A stretch of DNA of 64,000 bases from Squalus acanthias. Lineage: Eukaryota. The DNA lies in assembly GCA_030390025.1 (NCBI GenBank), contig CM059453.1, positions 248,001 through 312,000 on the forward strand, read 5' to 3'. A program made the position numbers and the translations under genes. Below the pieces are notes generated by a model that saw only the letters and a list, made by a program, of their open reading frames with translations, did not search any database and was not told the DNA's origin. This document shows, piece after piece, positions 59,034-64,000 of the stretch. The number at the start of each line of letters is the position of its first letter. Within the stretch, counting starts at the first letter, position 1.

Positions 59034-61774
59034 CAACAATAAAATAAGCCATAATGTCTGGTCAATCCCAGAGTGGCGGTTGGTGCAATGCACCCTGCTC
59101 AATGAAGCTCCACACCAGACCCAGTTTGCATTGAGGCCGAAATTTGAAATGATGTGTGGTCAACTTCGGAGATCAGTTTGGGTTTCACGCTGACAGTTCA
59201 TATGGTGCATGCTCATTTTCTCACTCGTTGCGGCTGCACCGAGGTGAGTTTGTTTACACAGTGTGCCAGTATAGCAGCAGAGGGGAGATGTGAAGTGCTG
59301 GGTTCTATTCAGCGCCTCTGTAGTTGTGGTTAGTGCAGCACACAGCCCACTGCTATCTATAACGTTCTTCGGTGTGAATCATTCTGGACAATTGAAACAG
59401 AATGATTGTATTTGCGGTTAGGCAACATCCGCCTACAGTGTAAGCTGAATCTTTAAAGGACATGTTGTGTGTTCAGCTCCACGTTTTAACTGTAATTCAA
59501 ATTGAGATCTCAGAACATCCATCTTCACAATATATTGCATCTGAATCAAGATGTCGTGGGTTCCAAGTCCCACTCCAGAGCCTTGAGCGCAAAATCCATG
59601 TTGACAATCCCAGTGCACTATTGAGGGAGTGTTGCACTTGCGCAGAAGCTGCCTTGCAAATGAGACGGTAAACTGATGCCTCTTTGGTGCATTAAATGAT
59701 CCCAAGCCACTCCTTCTGAAAATAGGAGTGTGGTTCTCCCCGCTGTCCTGGTTCAGTACTTATCCCTCAATCAACCACACCAAAACAAATTATCTGGTCG
59801 ATGTCACATTGATGATTTTGGGGGACCGTGTTGTACGCTAAAATGGCTGCTGCGATTCCAACGTTACAATACTTCAAAAGTACTTCATTGGCTGTAAAGC
59901 GCATTTGGATGTAATGTGTTTGTGAATGACGATATGTAAATACAAGGGCATGAAGTATCCGCTCGAAGCGGTCCATTTCGGCGCAATTCCCCTGATATCG
60001 GCGTAGTTTTAAAAACATCGCGCTAGAACTTGGCAGCTGGGGGGATTTATATTCAGTGCATTAAATAAATCTGGAATAAAAAAGCTAGCATCAGTAATGA
60101 TGAACATGAAACTACCAGATTGTAGTAAAATCCCATCTGGTTCACTGATGTCCTTTAGGGAAGGAAAACTGAGTCCTCACCTGGTCTGGCCGAAATGTGA
60201 CTCCAGACCGACAGCGATGTGATTGACTCTTACCTGCCCTCTGAAAAGGCCTAGCAAACCACTCAGTTGTACCAAACCACTGCGAAAATGTCAGCACTGT
60301 GGGAGTTCCTTCACCACACGGACTGCAGCGGTTCAAGAAGGTGGGTCACCACCACATTCTCAAGGGAAATTAGGGGTGGGCAATAAATTCCGGCATTTCC
60401 AACCACGCCCACATCCCAGGAACGAATAAATAAATAAAAAAAAGAAGTTGGCCCATCCAAACTACTGGCCAAGCCCCCAGGATGATCTCCTTTGTTAGAT
60501 TCCTCCAATTGTTCTCGTTTGCTGGCCCAAAATTAAACTGGATTTTTTTGGGGCACTAATTGTACGTTTTGAAAGGTATTGACTGAAAAAAATAATGCTA
60601 AGGAAATTACTACTGCATCGCAATCTAACTAGAACATACTTTTTTCTATATTTTTTTAAGTAATTTTCAATTATAATCGGTTTACTCACAGTTGGTGGAT
60701 TGACACCGTGATTCAAAATTGCTCTTTCTTGTGATAATCACATTTTCAGCTGTATTAATCAAACTTTAACAATTTAACACTCTTAAATTTATCCAGGCAT
60801 ATTTTACGTTAATTTTAAAAAAAAAACAGCATTACATTAGAATGTGCAATTCGCTATCGCAAGGAATAATTGAGCCGAGTTGCATAGATGCATTCAAGGA
60901 GAAGCTGGAACAAGATATGAGGGAGAAAGGAATAGAAGGTTATGCTGATTGAGTTAGATGAATTAGGGAGGGAGATGGTGCTTTTGGTGCCTAAACACCG
61001 ACATAGACAACTGGGCCCAATGGCCTGCTTGTGTGCTGCCCATTCTATGTAATTCTATGTAACTGTAAAACGTCACCAACACACAGAGATGCTAGAGGGA
61101 ATCTCCCTACTATAGCAACACCATCACGAACGCAGAAAACATGTGATTAGTATGAAAGGAAATGTACCCCAAGTATGCGTAAGGTGCAAAGATAGGTGGG
61201 ACAGTAAGCTGTGAGGAGGACACGAAGAGTGCAAACTGACACTGAAATTCAGCCATGGTTTTGTCCACTGTGTAAATTGGAAATAACTGTGTTAAGATTG
61301 CTTTCCTATATGTTAAGTTCATAAGAAATCAAAATAAGGAAATGTAAATATACAAACCCCTGTACACAGCTCAGCACGGGTAGCTCAAGCTGAATTATTT
61401 AATGCAACTGAGATGTTATGCGAAACAACTGGTTGCTCCTCTTCATACGATAGAGTGTTTAAATGACCAGGGAACAATCCACCTTGAAAGCAGACGATTA
61501 AAGACCTGACTTAATATATGTTTCCAGGTATAACTCCGAGAGCATGAACTGCACACTCGGATCTGTTCGCTTTTGTCTGATATTTCAATTCTGTCTAGAA
61601 TCTGCTCTTTCAATTATCCCAAGTAATCTGCCTCAATTTTTAGGATTACCTCGTGTTATCTTCTCAGAAGATCTCCTTGACAACCATCCCAGGGTCAACC
61701 TGAAATAGCTGTAAAATGTATTTTTTGTTTAGCTTGGTAAGCAAGTTGAGCTAAATGCTCAAAACTAACAAGTT

Positions 61775-62215
61775 CATAAGGTCATAGGTATTAGGAGCAG
61801 GAGTAGGCCAAAAGGCCCCTCCAGCCTGTTCCACCATTCAATAAGATCTGGCTGATTTTCGACCTGAACTCCACTTTCCCTCCCGATCTCCATAACCGTT
61901 GAGTCCCTTGATATCCAAAAATCTAGCTCAGCCTTGAATATAGGCAACAATTCGGCATCCACAGCGATTTTGGGTAGAGAATTTCAAAGATTCATAACCC
62001 TCTGATTTAAGAAATTCCTCGTCATCTCAGTCTTTAATGGCCGGCCCCGAACCCTGAGGCTATGCCTCCTAGTTCTATAATCTCCAACTAGGGGAGACAA
62101 CCTCTTAGCATCAATCCCGTCAATACACTTCAGAATCTTATATATTTCAATGAGATCACCTGTCATCCTTCTAAACTCCCGAGAATGTAGGCCCAATCCA
62201 CTCTACTTCCCCTCC
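61775..62215 (-). mobile_element. CR1 3' fragment (duplicate)
   Basis: Homologous to 27945-28380. Confidence 0.88.
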
Positions 62216-63962
62216 CATCTATCCTTCCTCTTGCACTCTGCAGATATTTAAGCATTATTCTGTCCTAATCAAACTGCTTGCGTTGTCTGAGCTTCCTTCC
62301 TACATTTCACTTCTTCACTGTTTACAAGCCACTAAGGACATGCTTGTTTTTCAAAAGTTCATTGCGTATTACCTTTACTTTCTCAATTTGTACCTAATCC
62401 CTTCTTGTTCATTGTGCATATCTTTACAGTCTCCCTCTCGCTGTCTTCCTCTCCCATTCTCTCGGTGCCTTGTTCTACCTAGTTTCGTAAAGGTGACAGG
62501 GATTTTCCGCTGGTGGCTTAATTGCAAACTGCACCCAGAATACGCTGGAAATCGCGCCACTTTTGACTAGCTGAAGTTAAGTCCCCAATGTAAACTCTCC
62601 CATGAACCTGGGCAATTGAGCGGATTCGATGCGTGACTGGAACAGGGGGCATTTCTACAGCATCACAAAGCGGAGTGGGTTTCTTGAGAAATGAGACCTT
62701 CTTGCACTTCTCTGATTGGCCGGTGAGGATGGCGTGTCACCAATCTAACAAGAATTAACGCAATTGCCCCATTTTTACGCTGAATCAAAAAGGTCCAAAT
62801 TGTCATTAAATATAAGGAGAAACTTTGTGAAATTATAGCATTGTTGGCCGTATCGACAATGCTCTCTTGTCCCTCCGGTCTCCACCGCTCGCAGAAGGCC
62901 TCAAACATACCGGGAATCACCGCATGCTTCCACTCCAGGGACACAGGAACGTGTTGGGAGACAGGCATCAGACCAAGTGGTCCCCTGGAACGGGTGCTGC
63001 CTGGACCTGTGAATTGTCACCTTGGCCAAGCCCAGGAGCTGACCCACGAGGAGGTTCGGCGATTCCCCTCCGCACCAGGTGACCAATGAGAATTACTGTG
63101 TCTCCCTATATTGAACACACTAATCTGTTTGGCCGAAACTATTGCTTCAATCAATTTTATCTGTGTCTGTTGCAGCAATATTTGTATTTACGACAGGAAT
63201 CTTAAGTCCATTTCACAAGTCACAGACCTCATAACTAAATTTTAATAAAGGCACTGCAACAAATAGGGTGAAATTTGTGTTTAGTTCTGCAAAATTACTG
63301 AGCTCGAGTGTGAATGTAAAGAGTTAAATCAATCAGAAAACAGTTTGTTTACCACAGCGTCAAACGGTTTACTGTCAAACAGCTCCGATCTGCGACGTCA
63401 CAGATGCATATTGGAGAGTTCCTTAACGAAGGTGACGAAACCGCACGTCTGCAGACTGCAGCAAGCAAACTAACTGTAGTGACACCTCGACAACATTCAG
63501 CTCGTATTAGCTGCCAGAAAGCGGAATATGTGTGAAATGTGAGTCATAGGCGTCTGCAAGCGTAAGCGGTGCCATTCTGACGCAGATGCCAATATATCAA
63601 TATCATAAGTAACAGTACATTTGGTGTTTGTGTGTGTTTGTTCGAGAAATAGAGAGATTTTGCTTCGGTATTGAGTATTCTTAAATAACAGTTAGAAATA
63701 CCATAAATCATATTCAGTAACAGTCGGTCACACGCAGCCCATGTAAATGATGTGCTCGCAGCCGACCTCACCAACGGAGCTGATTGAGTGAGCACTGTTC
63801 CTGCAGATCGGTATGACTCGAATCGGACTTCCCCGATAGTCTGAAGCTGATAATCAAATAAATCCAACATGTGACTGGAAAGAAGAATGCTGAAATCTGA
63901 ATGGTGTAAATTGTGGACTGGGTTCTTCATTTTGCGAGTGAAATCGGCAGCAGTTTCCAGCC

Positions 63963-64000
63963 ATGAGGAGTTCCGTGCTGCTGCCTCTCATAATGTTGAC
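63963..64000 (+). CDS. Downstream gene B paralogue, exon 1 (MRSSVLLPLIML..., cut by window end)
   Basis: Near-identical to 31327-31364 and preceded by the homologous promoter region. Confidence 0.8.
   Translation, partial: MRSSVLLPLIML

Larger units (their letters stand above)
39802..64000 (+). repeat. Segmental tandem duplication, unit 2
   Basis: Same anchors as unit 1. The gene B terminal exon differs at 16 of 168 nt. Confidence 0.97.

Noticed and set aside
39802-64000. Duplication as an assembly artefact
   Set aside because: About 9% divergence and unit-specific TSD-flanked insertions are too great for a duplicated contig of one sequence. Very divergent haplotypes are not formally excluded.

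Overview
Vertebrate genomic DNA, almost certainly a cartilaginous fish, judged from its CR1 LINEs, HE1/V-SINE, DeuSINE and Penelope-like elements. The window holds about 1.7 copies of a 33-40 kb tandem duplication: 1-31.4 kb is repeated at 39.8-64 kb, roughly 90% identical by eye. Each unit carries a head-to-head pair of Siglec/MAG-like Ig-superfamily genes. Gene B (+ strand, 31327-42762, 8 exons, 543 aa, fully in frame) encodes signal-V-C2-C2-C2-TM and a tail with three tyrosine motifs (VIYSRV, IAYATV, CKYAAI). Its V-set domain lacks the sialic-acid-binding arginine. The last two exons of an upstream B copy (978-2975) and the first exon of a downstream B copy (63963 onward) are also present. 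Gene A (- strand, 17014-23728 and 51660-57170) is an ITIM-type paralogue that is a pseudogene in both units: three stops and loss of the d4/TM/first cytoplasmic exons are shared, so they pre-date the duplication. Comparing the units dates several insertions and deletions. These include Penelope-like elements carrying minimal hammerhead ribozymes (one has captured an inverted copy of its host flank), a young CR1, reciprocally retained CTCF sites, a duplicated or hybrid promoter and three VNTRs. All exon structures were derived by hand from splice signals and reading phase. No database search or expression evidence was available.
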